Position numbers and translations under genes: made by a program | The notes under the pieces: generated by a model | The model's input: the letters and a program-made list of their open reading frames with translations, nothing else | Told to the model about the DNA's origin: nothing | Database searches by the model: none | Source of the DNA: an uncultured delta proteobacterium | GTDB taxonomy: Bacteria; Desulfobacterota; Desulfomonilia; UBA1062 | NCBI GenBank assembly: GCA_963785235.1 | Contig: CAWAUM010000007.1 | Span: 240,768 to 304,767, forward strand | Direction of reading: 5' to 3' | Length of the DNA stretch: 64,000 nt | Part shown: positions 30,161 through 40,168 of the stretch, piece after piece | Layout of the letters: each line of letters begins with the position of its first letter | Numbering within the stretch: the first letter of the stretch is position 1

Positions 30161-30759
30161 CGATGGGAACGAAGGAAAAGAAAGATATCATAGAAGAGAT
30201 CCTTTCAAAAGAGCTCAAGATGTTTCTGAGCGTACCTTCCGCACAGAAAAGCACGTGTCAGGAGAACCCGGAAAGCTTCAAGCTCCACCGCAGGGCGCAG
30301 TTCTCATCCTGGTCGAAAGTTACGCTTGAGAGCTATCTGCATGACCTTGAAAGGGCGCAAGAGAATGGGACGAATCTTATGACGCAGAAATATGCACGCA
30401 TGGATAATCTCATTTTGCAGTTAAGCAGCAACCCCCTTATCGATATGATCGTGGGCTACCAATGTGCCTGGCAGCGCTCGATGATGATAAAATATCCCGG
30501 GATAATGAGCGGAGGCCGTCCTCTGTCCAGTGCAGAGGATTCCACCTTCATGACCTCCTTCGAGACGTATTTGAGGGGGGAGCTTGAAACCTATACAGAC
30601 GCTACCCTTGAACTCCTAAGCAAAGACATCCTCGATAAACATGCACATGCCATCAGCATGGCCGAGGAGATCTATACGTGTCTGGTAAAGGACATGGGGT
30701 ATGATTCACTAGATGAAGCCGAACAGACATTGAGAGTCCGGAGGAGTGGACAAGGATAG
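30157..30759 (+). CDS. DUF4125-type protein
   Basis: CQENPESF..R.AQF..W..LESY..DL, N.MTQKYARM, SFETYLRGELETY. Confidence 0.75.
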   Translation: MTMGTKEKKDIIEEILSKELKMFLSVPSAQKSTCQENPESFKLHRRAQFSSWSKVTLESYLHDLERAQENGTNLMTQKYARMDNLILQLSSNPLIDMIVGYQCAWQRSMMIKYPGIMSGGRPLSSAEDSTFMTSFETYLRGELETYTDATLELLSKDILDKHAHAISMAEEIYTCLVKDMGYDSLDEAEQTLRVRRSGQG

Positions 30760-30775
30760 AAGCGGGTGGCGGCAG

Positions 30776-31174
30776 TCAGGCCAGCCTGGCCGAGATGAAA
30801 AACCCGAAAGCCACACACCAGATGTTGATGAAGGCATTCAGGATAAGATCCAGGGAGGAACTCATATAGATCCCATTTTGGATATTGAAGCTGAAATCAA
30901 GTACGCCCAGGAACATGAGGCTCCCGGCGCATACGAGGGACAAGATCCTGCCCAGTGGGTTGCCCTTCATAACCAGGGCGGCAGACGTGATTAGTGCCAG
31001 GCCCAGGATGATATCCGGAAGAGGGAAGGCGTGTTCAAAGGCAAAATAGCACTGGGGAGGATTTGTGGGTGCAAGTCCGATTGTAAAAAATCCTATCCAG
31101 AATAGGAGCAGCCCGAACCCAGTGCACAGTTCAAAGATGGCCAATAATCTCAGCTCCTTCCCGTTCATTTTCAT
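30776..31174 (-). CDS. Small 4-TM membrane protein
   Basis: 132 aa hydrophobic, FEHAFPLPD; RBS AGGGGGG. Confidence 0.7.
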   Translation of the reverse strand: MKMNGKELRLLAIFELCTGFGLLLFWIGFFTIGLAPTNPPQCYFAFEHAFPLPDIILGLALITSAALVMKGNPLGRILSLVCAGSLMFLGVLDFSFNIQNGIYMSSSLDLILNAFINIWCVAFGFFISARLA

Positions 31175-31330
31175 ATCCCCCCTGATGGCCTGTCGCCTTG
31201 TATGGACGGATGATGCAGCTTATTCTCCCGTTGTTTTCCTCAAGCAGAGGTTATAGCCTGAGCTGAAAATAAACCATGTAATGCTTATAGTATTATACTA
31301 CATCCCAGGCTTCATCTTAATCAGATGGTC

Positions 31331-32135
31331 CTATATGGGTTTATCCAGTGCCTTGCGGGCGAAGATAGCAGCTCCCAGTGCCCCGATGATCTGGGGGTCC
31401 ACCGGCAGCGAGGTCACGTCCATGTTGATGATTTTTGCCAGTGCCCTGAGAAGACCCAGGTTTTTGGCACAGCCCCCCGTGACCGTAACCTGTGGACGCA
31501 TGCCGATGCGCTTGAGAAGGGTGAAGCACCGCTTGGACACGGCCGTCTGGATGCCTGCTGCTATCTCTTCCGGCGGATTCTTTCTGGCCAGGAGGCTTAT
31601 GACCTCGCTCTCGGCAAAGACACTGCACTGGGCCGTGACCGGTATGATCTTCCTGGCCTTGAGCGAAAGATCCGAGAACTGTCCCAGGTCCATGCGGAAT
31701 ATCCTGCTCATGGCCTCGAAGAAACGTCCGGTGCCGGCGGCGCACTTGTCGTTCATGGCGAACTCCAGGACAGAGCCGTCACCGTCGAGTGCAATGGCCT
31801 TCACATCCTGGCCGCCGATATCGATGATGGTTTTGATGAGGGGATTGCATGAGAAGGTGCCCATGGCGTGGCAGCTGATCTCCGAGATATTCTTGTTGGC
31901 AAAAGGCACCTCGTTTCTCCCGTAGCCGGTGCCCACCAGGTAGGCGATGTCCCGGTAGCTGCCCATATCCGGAACCTGGGCGCAGGCCTTTTCCAGGGCA
32001 AGTACCGAGGTCAGCTCCGGGATCGATCTCGCTGGGGACAATGGAACTGGCTATGATGGCGCCTGCTTCATTGATAATGACTGCCTTTCCTGTTGTCGAT
32101 CCCACGTCGCATCCGCCGAAATACTTTGTTGCCAT
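31331..32135 (-). CDS. ASKHA-type [4Fe-4S] activator (HgdC/BcrA-D family), frameshift near 32025
   Basis: GCDVGSTTGK, GTGYGR, EISCHA, DIGGQD, NDKCAAGTG, QCSVFAESE, TGGCAKN. Confidence 0.9.
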
Positions 32136-32172
32136 GTCTGTCTCCCTATCGTTATGATGTAGTTATTTATTT

Positions 32173-33483
32173 CTAGATATCAAGCATCCATCCCTTGCCC
32201 TGCAATTTCGCAATAACCTTTGCCGTGCTCAGGAACGTGGATCTGAACATATCGCTCATGATGGCACTCTTGACCGGCGGCAGCCTTAAAAAGGCGCCGA
32301 TAAAGGATCGCATGAATTCCTGGGTCATGCTTTGAGGGTTGTCGAATAACTGATTCTGCAGGGTGCCGCGCTCGAGTGATGACAGCATCGTCACCTCGAA
32401 GAGCGATTCAGGATGGAGAACCCTGCTGCTGCGGGGCATCATCTCAATGGCGCCTGTGGGACACTTTGCAATACAGACCCCACAGCCAACGCATATTCCT
32501 GTATTAACCTGGCCCTTTTTTCTTTTTATATTTTTGGGGTCATTTGCGGAATTCAGACTTAAGGCGTTCACCGGGCATACTTCAACACATTTTCCACATC
32601 CTGTACACTTGACGGTGTCTATCTTTGATATGAAGTTGGAGGTGATAACGCAATTCAAATATCCGAACTTGTTCAAACCGCCGAGGAAATTACAGCAACA
32701 TTTGCAGCAATGACAAATAGCCATGGGTTTCTGTTTGGTGTTAACAGAACAGAATACCAGATTAAAGTCTTTGGACCTGGCAAAATTGTCCATCATTTCA
32801 GACTGTGATACCTCACGTCCAAAATTGTTTCTGATAGCATATTCTGCACCTATCCCCAAAAAACAGCAGCTATCGAGCGGTGCATCGCATTCTTTATTGC
32901 CGGTGTGCAGCTTTTCATTCCTGCAGGAACATAAGCCGATGGCGAGTTTGGGAGAGCTCTCGATAAGCGATGTGGCCTTCTCATAATCAAAGAATTCCGT
33001 ATGGCTGTCTTCTTTAATGGATTCTTCTATGGGGATAACCCGTAGCGCAGAAACCTGTTCACTCTTGGAAAAGTTCGCTGCGTAGACAGAGCCGAAGTAT
33101 TCATGAAACAGCTCGGCCCATCTCTTCATATTGAGACTTTCTCCAGACCTCATCATGGTGAATTCGAATATCCCTATGGCTATGGGCCAGGGCATGTAGT
33201 AGTACTGGCCGTGGACTTCATTCCACAGGTCCATGACGAGCCCTTTCTTGCATAGCCTCTCCAGGATTCCCTGCAGACGGGTTTTCTCAAAGCCGGTGAC
33301 GTGTGAGATTCTCTCCAGCGAGGAGAGGGTGTAGGGCATTCTAACAACGACGTCTGCCTCATCAGTGGTGTACAGTTCCTTCAGAATGCTGTGCCATGTC
33401 TCGTTCCAGGGCGCCCTCACATTCAGGTTGTCTATCTTTTTCCCCAGTTTATAATATACCTGGCCTTCTTCTATCGTATGCAT
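32173..33483 (-). CDS. Multi-[4Fe-4S] protein (HTH-like N-terminus, CxCR..C, CHCCxCCC, ferredoxin domain)
   Basis: LCSCR, ICHCCKCCC, CTGCGKCVEVCP, CVGCGVCIAKCP; start MHTIEEG after AAGGAG. Confidence 0.85.
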   Translation of the reverse strand: MHTIEEGQVYYKLGKKIDNLNVRAPWNETWHSILKELYTTDEADVVVRMPYTLSSLERISHVTGFEKTRLQGILERLCKKGLVMDLWNEVHGQYYYMPWPIAIGIFEFTMMRSGESLNMKRWAELFHEYFGSVYAANFSKSEQVSALRVIPIEESIKEDSHTEFFDYEKATSLIESSPKLAIGLCSCRNEKLHTGNKECDAPLDSCCFLGIGAEYAIRNNFGREVSQSEMMDNFARSKDFNLVFCSVNTKQKPMAICHCCKCCCNFLGGLNKFGYLNCVITSNFISKIDTVKCTGCGKCVEVCPVNALSLNSANDPKNIKRKKGQVNTGICVGCGVCIAKCPTGAIEMMPRSSRVLHPESLFEVTMLSSLERGTLQNQLFDNPQSMTQEFMRSFIGAFLRLPPVKSAIMSDMFRSTFLSTAKVIAKLQGKGWMLDI

Positions 33484-33527
33484 CCTATAACTCCTTAATA
33501 TAAAATTATAAATAATCTGATCATGTC

Positions 33528-34964
33528 TTATTGATCGAGGCGCTGCGCCTTCATGACATTCTCCATGAAGAAATCCACCTGGTTCATCATGCTGTCTTTG
33601 GATACGATGCGTGGGTCGAGCAGGTCGTAATCGAGGATGAGCAGCGGTATCTTCATTTCCCGGCATTTCTCCCGCAGGATGCCGTTCATGGCCTGGCCGC
33701 TCTTGCAGCCCACGTGGTTCGCCACCCACACCATGTCGAGATCGAACTGCTTCACCATGCGGAAGATGTCGTCGAGATAGTTCTCCGCAGGCCCCCTGGT
33801 GTGGCGGACCATGGGACCCTGCATGATGGTCCTGCCCAGACCTCGGAGCATGGATTCGGGGGTCGAGGTGTCTATGGGCTCGTGGCGGTGAAATGTCATG
33901 CTGTCATTGATGACCGTGACCCCATAGGTGCGTTCGGTATGGTTGAAGATATCGATGAAATGGGGGAAGGGCGGGTTCCAGACAACGGCCCGGAATTTCT
34001 CATTATCCGTTGCGGGAATCCCTGCAGAGAGATTCTTCCGTGCCATTTCCACCAGCCGCTCATAATGCTTTATGGATATGGGGTGGCCTGGAAAGAGATT
34101 GACATGCCACATGTGGCTCAGGAATACGGCCTCGGCTGCAAGGGGGGCAGGCCTGACCCGGATCATGTCCCAGAGCTCCAGCTCAAGCTCCAGCATGCGG
34201 TTGCGGCCTTCACAGTTCTGTCTGAGGCGGTTCCAGTCCATGCGGCCGGGGGTATGTTCTTCAAGGAATGCGATCATGCCCTTGAGGTCCTCAGCAAAGA
34301 ACTTTTCCGCCCTTTCATTGTAGAAATTATGCGGGGCATCGATGCGGTATATGGGGATCCCCAGTTCCCGCTCCATGAGGGCATAGGACGCCATACCGGC
34401 ATCGCAGGGCATATTGGAGCTGAGCATGGCAAGACCCTTAGGCATCTGGCCCTTGAGCACCATGCCCATGGTAGCCTTGGGCAGACTGCATGCATCGGGA
34501 TTGACCCCGGCGTTTTCCGCTTCGTCTATGTATTTCAGGTCGCTTTTCCCCGCCAGAAAGGGCAGGAGCAGGCTCATGGATTCCAGCACCCAGACCTTCA
34601 AGCCCATGGCGCGTGCTATGTCGGGTGGGACCATCTCTTCACTGATGATCATACGCTCGGATTGGTAAAACAACTCCTCCAGGTTCTCTGCCAGGGTCAG
34701 CGAGACCGTGTAGACGGTCATGCAGATGGACTCCAGGTAGAAACCGCTCCGGGAGCGGCAGAGCCGCCGCATCAGGCCGGTCACTTTGAGCAGGTACAGC
34801 ATCCAGGGATAGCGGATGAGCTCGCGGACAAATCCCGGTCCCCGTTTCAGGACGAGTTTCGCAATACACAGCCAGATCAGGACCCAGTATCTGGCGTAGA
34901 TAAGGAAATCTTTAGCCGACAGGGTCAGTAAATCGCGTACAATTTCCCTGGATGGAATGCCCAA
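33528..34964 (-). CDS. 2-hydroxyacyl-CoA dehydratase/benzoyl-CoA reductase alpha-like subunit
   Basis: DACSLPK, NMPCDA, HVGCK (three Cys), LDYDLLDPR; hydrophobic N-terminal extension; start uncertain. Confidence 0.85.
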   Translation of the reverse strand: MGIPSREIVRDLLTLSAKDFLIYARYWVLIWLCIAKLVLKRGPGFVRELIRYPWMLYLLKVTGLMRRLCRSRSGFYLESICMTVYTVSLTLAENLEELFYQSERMIISEEMVPPDIARAMGLKVWVLESMSLLLPFLAGKSDLKYIDEAENAGVNPDACSLPKATMGMVLKGQMPKGLAMLSSNMPCDAGMASYALMERELGIPIYRIDAPHNFYNERAEKFFAEDLKGMIAFLEEHTPGRMDWNRLRQNCEGRNRMLELELELWDMIRVRPAPLAAEAVFLSHMWHVNLFPGHPISIKHYERLVEMARKNLSAGIPATDNEKFRAVVWNPPFPHFIDIFNHTERTYGVTVINDSMTFHRHEPIDTSTPESMLRGLGRTIMQGPMVRHTRGPAENYLDDIFRMVKQFDLDMVWVANHVGCKSGQAMNGILREKCREMKIPLLILDYDLLDPRIVSKDSMMNQVDFFMENVMKAQRLDQ

Positions 34965-35072
34965 AGGAGCTGATCAGGCCGGGAAGGGTTTGTAGAAAAG
35001 ACTTAATCCTGTTTATTATGTCATACGAATAGCTGATTTCATCCGGATAGGTATCAGGCACGGTTTTTGTCT

Positions 35073-36609
35073 TCATCTGGTTGCTGAAGCTCCCTTTCCA
35101 TCCAGGCGCGGGGCCTTCATGACGTTCTCCATGAAATGCTCAACCTGCCGCTTCATGTTGTCGTGGGACACGATGCGGGGGTCGCTCAGGTCATAATCAA
35201 GGATGAGCACGGGGATCCCCTTCTCCCGGCATTTCTCCCGCAGGATGCCGTTCATGGCCTGTCCGCCCTTGCAGCCCACGTGGTTTGCCACCCATACCAT
35301 GTCGAGATCGAACTGCTTGTGGGCGCGGAAGATGTCGTCCAGGTAGTTCTCGGCCGGCCCCCTGGTGTGGCGGACCATGGGGCCCTGCATGATGGTCCTG
35401 CCCCATCCCAGCAGCATGGATTCGGGCGTGGAGGTGTCGATGGGCTGGTGATGGTGGTAGGTCATGCTGTCGTTGATGACCGTCACGCCGTAGGTGCGCT
35501 CGGCCCAGTTGAAGATGTCGGAAAAATGAAGGAAGGGGGGGTTCCACACGATGGTCCGGTACCGTTCGTTGAGCGTGGCCGGGGTGTTGGTCTCAAGGTT
35601 CTTCCTGGCCATGTCCACGATCTTCTCGTAGTGCTGGACCGACGCCTCGTAATCCGGAGTGACATTCACATTCCAGAGGTGGCTCAGCCATACCGCCTCC
35701 GATGCCAGGGGGGCGGGCCGTAGCCGGAGCATGTCCCACAGCTCCAGCTCCAGCTCCAGGATGCGGTTGCGGTTGCCGCAGATCTTCCGGAAACGGTCCC
35801 AGTCCATGCGGCCCGGCGTGTGCTTTTCCAGCCAGGCGATCATGCCCTTCACGTCTTCCAAGAAAAGATTCTCCGCGCGCTCATTGAAAAAATGAAACGG
35901 CACGTCGAGACGGTAGGTGGGGATATCAAACATGCGCTGGATGAAGGCGTACGAGGCCGCACCGGCATCACAGGGCAGATTGGAGCTCACCATGGCGATC
36001 CCCTTGGGCAGGTGGCCCTTGATGACCATGCCCACGGTGGTCTTGGGCAGGCTGCAGGCATCTGCGTTCATCCCCTCGTTCTCCGCCTCGTCTATGTATT
36101 TCAGGCACGATTCCGCATCAATTATGGGCAGAACGATGCCCATGACTTCGAGCAGATAGGCGTCAAGCCCCATGGCATGGACGATGTCTATGGGAACCAG
36201 GTCTTCGTTTATGACCATGCGTTCAGGGTGGAAGAACATCTGCCTCAGCATGTCGGTGGTCCCGGTGACCACGGTGTGCAGGGCCAGGCAGACGGATTCA
36301 AGATACAACCCGGTCCTGCCCCGCCCATACCGGCTCATAAGTCTGTTGACCTTCAGAAGTATAAACAGCCAGGGATTTCTGATAAGCGTCCGGGCAGCAC
36401 CAACAGGTCCGAGGGTAACAGTCATCTCGGATAAGGAATTTCCCGATACAGTAATTATTTAAAGACCAGTATTTCAGGTACGTCAGCGCAGCCCCGGAAT
36501 CCCGCGAGCTGATGAGATATTCAGCCAGAGAGTTCTGCCATAAGCTCTTTCCTGGTCTCCGGCAGCTTCCCATCAGGGACGTGAGATATGCGCGCACGTT
36601 TTTCAACAT
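35073..36609 (-). CDS. Paralogous dehydratase/reductase alpha-like subunit (frameshift near 36460)
   Basis: DACSLPK, NLPCDA, HVGCK; N-terminus MLKNVRAY..LKYWSL in the adjacent frame aligns with YARYWVL of the neighbour. Confidence 0.83.
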
Positions 36610-36632
36610 GGAGGGTCCTCCCTGTGCAATCA

Positions 36633-37766
36633 TTATTTGCCCATGCTCTCGATGAAGGCCTGCACACGGGTGCGCAGCTGGCCTTCGCCGCCTGTCCGGT
36701 ATTCACGCTCCAGTTTCAGCACCGGTATCCCTTCTTTGCGCAGGGCGCTCACCAGGGGCATGGAATCCACCCCCCAGAGATCACAGAATTTGATGATCTC
36801 CAGGACCACGCCGTCCACCTTGTATTCCTTCACCGTGTCAATGATGGTCTGGAGCCTGAGATCGAAGTTCTCCATCATGCGCGGGCAGAGCGTCTTTTCA
36901 AAGGTATGCTCCGCCAGGGACCTGATGGGGTCGCCATTGACCTGTACGGGCTTGAATCCGGGAATGGTGCCGGTGCAGAAACGGTCCGCCACCACCATTG
37001 CCCCCTGGGACTCGATGATCTTGATGAAGGCCGGATCGTGCAGATGGCCACCCACCACCATCAGACGGGCCCGGTAATCATTGATTCCTTGGCGCTCTTC
37101 AAGCATTCTGCGGAACTCCATGAGGTCGGGCATGATCAGGTCCTTGGGCGAAACCAGGGAGGCCATGAGCAGGGTGTGGAACTCGGTTCCGGTAATGGGC
37201 GGGTCGGTCCTCTTCCGCAGATCTCCGATGGACCGGATCACTTCTGTGAACGCGTTCCATTCGTCAATGGCCTTCCTGAGCGAAGAATCGCTCATGTCCA
37301 CGCCGAAATGGGCGGAAAGCTTGTCCGCGAGCATCCTGAGTTCCTGGTCCAGCCAGGCAACGGTGTGCCCGTTCACCTTTCGCGGAACATCGATCACATG
37401 GTTGAACGCGGGCTTTTTCAGATACTCGAAGTTGTCGATGAGACGCTGCATGTGGGCGCAGGAAGGGACAAAAACCCATCCCTGTATCTGTTCGAACCGG
37501 TCATCCATGGCGAATTCCAGAATGCTCCGGGTGTACGAGCAGATCAGGCTGGAAAGGTAGTTGTCGGCAAGCTCGGTCCCTGCAACCCCGGGTGTATGCA
37601 GGCGCACGGGAAAGAGCCTGTCCGCCATGAGCAGGGCCTCGGGCACGAAGGAGCAGGAATACCCGATGGGTATGCGGCCATTCTGCGCAGCCTGCTCGAC
37701 CAGAGGGTTCTGTGGGTTTTCAAGAAGCTCTTCGAATACGCGCATTGTCTTGCCGGTTGTCGTCAT
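36633..37766 (-). CDS. Dehydratase/reductase beta-like subunit with six conserved-position Cys
   Basis: GYSCSFVPE, LICSY, PSCAH, RFCTG, LCPRM, KFCDLW, GQLRTRVQAFIE. Confidence 0.87.
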   Translation of the reverse strand: MTTTGKTMRVFEELLENPQNPLVEQAAQNGRIPIGYSCSFVPEALLMADRLFPVRLHTPGVAGTELADNYLSSLICSYTRSILEFAMDDRFEQIQGWVFVPSCAHMQRLIDNFEYLKKPAFNHVIDVPRKVNGHTVAWLDQELRMLADKLSAHFGVDMSDSSLRKAIDEWNAFTEVIRSIGDLRKRTDPPITGTEFHTLLMASLVSPKDLIMPDLMEFRRMLEERQGINDYRARLMVVGGHLHDPAFIKIIESQGAMVVADRFCTGTIPGFKPVQVNGDPIRSLAEHTFEKTLCPRMMENFDLRLQTIIDTVKEYKVDGVVLEIIKFCDLWGVDSMPLVSALRKEGIPVLKLEREYRTGGEGQLRTRVQAFIESMGK

Positions 37767-37844
37767 GACACTTCTCCCGGTACCATGGTGATCCCACGGC
37801 CTTCACCTATTATTTTCATCACCGTCAGCTCCTCCTTCGGCATG

Positions 37845-38687
37845 TCAATAGATACGCTCGCCTGGTTTAACATCGCCAAAGAGGCGGGCAAAGAGCGTGT
37901 TGTAAAGCGAAAAAATCACGATGTTGCCCAGCAGCCAGGACGAGCTTATGGCTTTCTGAGGGCAGATGTTCTGGCAGTGGTAGCACCGGATGCACCGGCC
38001 ATCCAGAACCGGGTAGGGATTCAGGGTAATGCTCTGCACCGGGCATTCGTCGGCGCATATCCCGCACTGATTGCACAGGGTCTGATCAATTTTGGGCTTG
38101 GGCAGGAGGATGCGCAGCAGGAATGGTTTCGCGATGAGGGCAACCAGGTCATAGAATCCCCAGTTGAGGCTTAAGGGGTCTTTTCCCCCTTCGTGTATAA
38201 CGCTTGAACCGCCGGCCTGCAGTTGCCTGTCCACTGCCTGGGCGAACGAGTGGGCACGTTCCAGATCCTCGTGATTCGGGCGCCCAGGCATGCGGCCGAT
38301 CAGGCAGGGTGCAGGATGATGCACCGTGCCGCGCCCCATGAAACCTGCGAGAACCGATGCGCCTTTACCCTGTATGATGTGTGCCAAGTCGTAGAGAACC
38401 CTTCCGGGAGATCCGCCCGAGGTGGCAAAGACAAAGGCGGGTTTGCCATAAAGTGGAGGCAAGGCAGTGAGAAAGTCCTTGACCGGCGTGGGGGCCTGGC
38501 TTTCAAAACAAGGCGTTCCCATGCCCAGCACATCACAGCTCAGGATATCCGCAGGCTGAGCCTCCTTCATGGACAGGGTGCGGACCGTGTGCCCTTTATC
38601 ACGAAAGGCCTCTGCCATGGTCTCGGCAACCTTGCGCGTATTCCCGGTCTGGGAGAAGTACACCAGCAGCATGTTCATCTCACTCAA
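37845..38687 (-). CDS. Flavodoxin-ferredoxin fusion (EFR1-like)
   Basis: YFSQTGNT, FATSGG, CNQCGICADECP, CIRCYHCQNICP. Confidence 0.85.
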   Translation of the reverse strand: MSEMNMLLVYFSQTGNTRKVAETMAEAFRDKGHTVRTLSMKEAQPADILSCDVLGMGTPCFESQAPTPVKDFLTALPPLYGKPAFVFATSGGSPGRVLYDLAHIIQGKGASVLAGFMGRGTVHHPAPCLIGRMPGRPNHEDLERAHSFAQAVDRQLQAGGSSVIHEGGKDPLSLNWGFYDLVALIAKPFLLRILLPKPKIDQTLCNQCGICADECPVQSITLNPYPVLDGRCIRCYHCQNICPQKAISSSWLLGNIVIFSLYNTLFARLFGDVKPGERIY

Positions 38688-38729
38688 GCCCTCCTTTCAA
38701 GTGCAATGATGGTGGACAATGTGACGCTT

Positions 38730-39500
38730 TCATGGCAATAATCCGATCTTTTCGAGGATGTGTGCGACCTTTAAGAGCGCAGGTGAGGTTTCAGGCATGC
38801 CGGTAAGCGGTTCGCCTCTGAAGTCGAACGATCTGATCAGGTCATCGTCGTCGAGCCATCCGTACATTTCAAGGTCTGTTCTGCCCCTGATGTCGTCCAC
38901 CTCTGGCTGGTTCCTCACCCTGTTGAGAACGAGCCCCATGCTCTTGAAGTCCACCGCCTTCTTCTCGTTCGCAACGTGCGCTATCGTATTTGCAACGCCA
39001 AGGCCCTTTACCGAGGTGTCCGACACCAGGACCAGGTGATCCACGGTCTTCATCACCCGCCTGTTGATCTGCTCGATGCCGGCCTCGCCATCGATGAGCA
39101 CGATGTCGAACCTGCCGGCCAGGTCACCGATGATGTCCTTGAGGAGGTTGTTCACCTTGCAGAAGCATCCCTCATCCTCGGGCCTGCCGATGGCAAGAAG
39201 GGCATATCCGTCACGTTCATGGAGGGCATCAAAGACCTCATAGTCCAGGAGCTTGAGCGTCTCCTTGCTCCCCTGGGGCTCGCCTTTCCGGATGTCTGCA
39301 ATGAGTCCCTTCCTGATGTCGTCCACGGTCTTTTTCACTGTAATGCCCAGGGCCGATGCCAGGCCCACTGCCGGGTCCGCGTCTATGGCGAGGATCTTCC
39401 GCCCGTTCCCGCAGGCCAGCAGCTTCACCATGAGGGCCGAGATAGAGGTCTTGCCGACACCCCCCTTGCCGCACAGCGCGATAATCTTTGTATCAGTCAT
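38730..39500 (-). CDS. cooC: CooC/AcsF-type nickel-insertion ATPase
   Basis: CGKGGVGKT, AIDADP, EGCFCKVN (CxC), DGEAGIEQINR; the ORF-track fusion with the upstream gene is caused by a frameshift. Confidence 0.85.
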   Translation of the reverse strand: MTDTKIIALCGKGGVGKTSISALMVKLLACGNGRKILAIDADPAVGLASALGITVKKTVDDIRKGLIADIRKGEPQGSKETLKLLDYEVFDALHERDGYALLAIGRPEDEGCFCKVNNLLKDIIGDLAGRFDIVLIDGEAGIEQINRRVMKTVDHLVLVSDTSVKGLGVANTIAHVANEKKAVDFKSMGLVLNRVRNQPEVDDIRGRTDLEMYGWLDDDDLIRSFDFRGEPLTGMPETSPALLKVAHILEKIGLLP

Positions 39501-40154
39501 GCAATACCTCTCGTGTTTTTTTCCAGGGCGGTTTCTGTCTCCTCGAGGACAGTGATCGCTGATTGCGCATAACCATCCGCCCCGTATTTTTCTGCCAGTT
39601 GCCGGTCCAGGGGGGCTCCGCCTACCATGATAACCGTGCCCGGGGCACGTCTGTTTTACCGTTCTGATTATGTCCGGCATACAGGCCATGGTAGTGGACA
39701 TCATGGCCGACAGGGCCAGGATATCGGCCTTGTTTTCGACAACCGCACGCTCGAACTCATCTGCCTTTACCTGCACACCCAGGTCAACTACCCGGTAGCC
39801 GCACGCCCTGTAGACCCCCGAAATTATGCTCTTGCCCAGATCGTGCGGGTCACCCTCGACAACGCCTATGACAACGGTCAAAGCCTCCTTATCTCCGGTG
39901 TCTCCGAATTCAGAGAGTTTCGCCAGACCCTGTGTTGCTGCGTCGATGCACAGGAGGAATTCGGGCAAAGAGGTATGATTCGACATCAAATTCCTTCTGA
40001 GGGTGTTGAGGCCATCGAGGATGGCGTGGCGCACCTCTTTCATGGAAAGACCGGCATCCATTGCCCTGGTCGTCAGCGCCACGGTTTCATCCACCTGGTA
40101 AGCAGCTACCGCTGCTTTGATTTTTTCCATAAGTCCAACTTCTCTCTTACTCAT
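39497..40154 (-). CDS. Corrinoid (B12-binding) methyl-carrier protein, frameshift near 39642
   Basis: Cap domain, GVVEGDPHDLGK, LSAMMSTT; removing one base restores IMVGGAP..YGADGYA and a TGA overlapping the cooC ATG. Confidence 0.87.
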
Positions 40155-40168
40155 CCGGGTCCCTCTTT

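Noticed and set aside
33484-33729. N-terminal extension of the Fe-S protein in the ORF track
   Set aside because: Overlaps the upstream gene in another frame; the RBS supports a start at 33483.
33531-38174. Long plus-strand ORFs (466 aa, 528 aa) and similar antisense ORFs elsewhere
   Set aside because: Shadows of GC-rich coding genes on the opposite strand, with no motifs.
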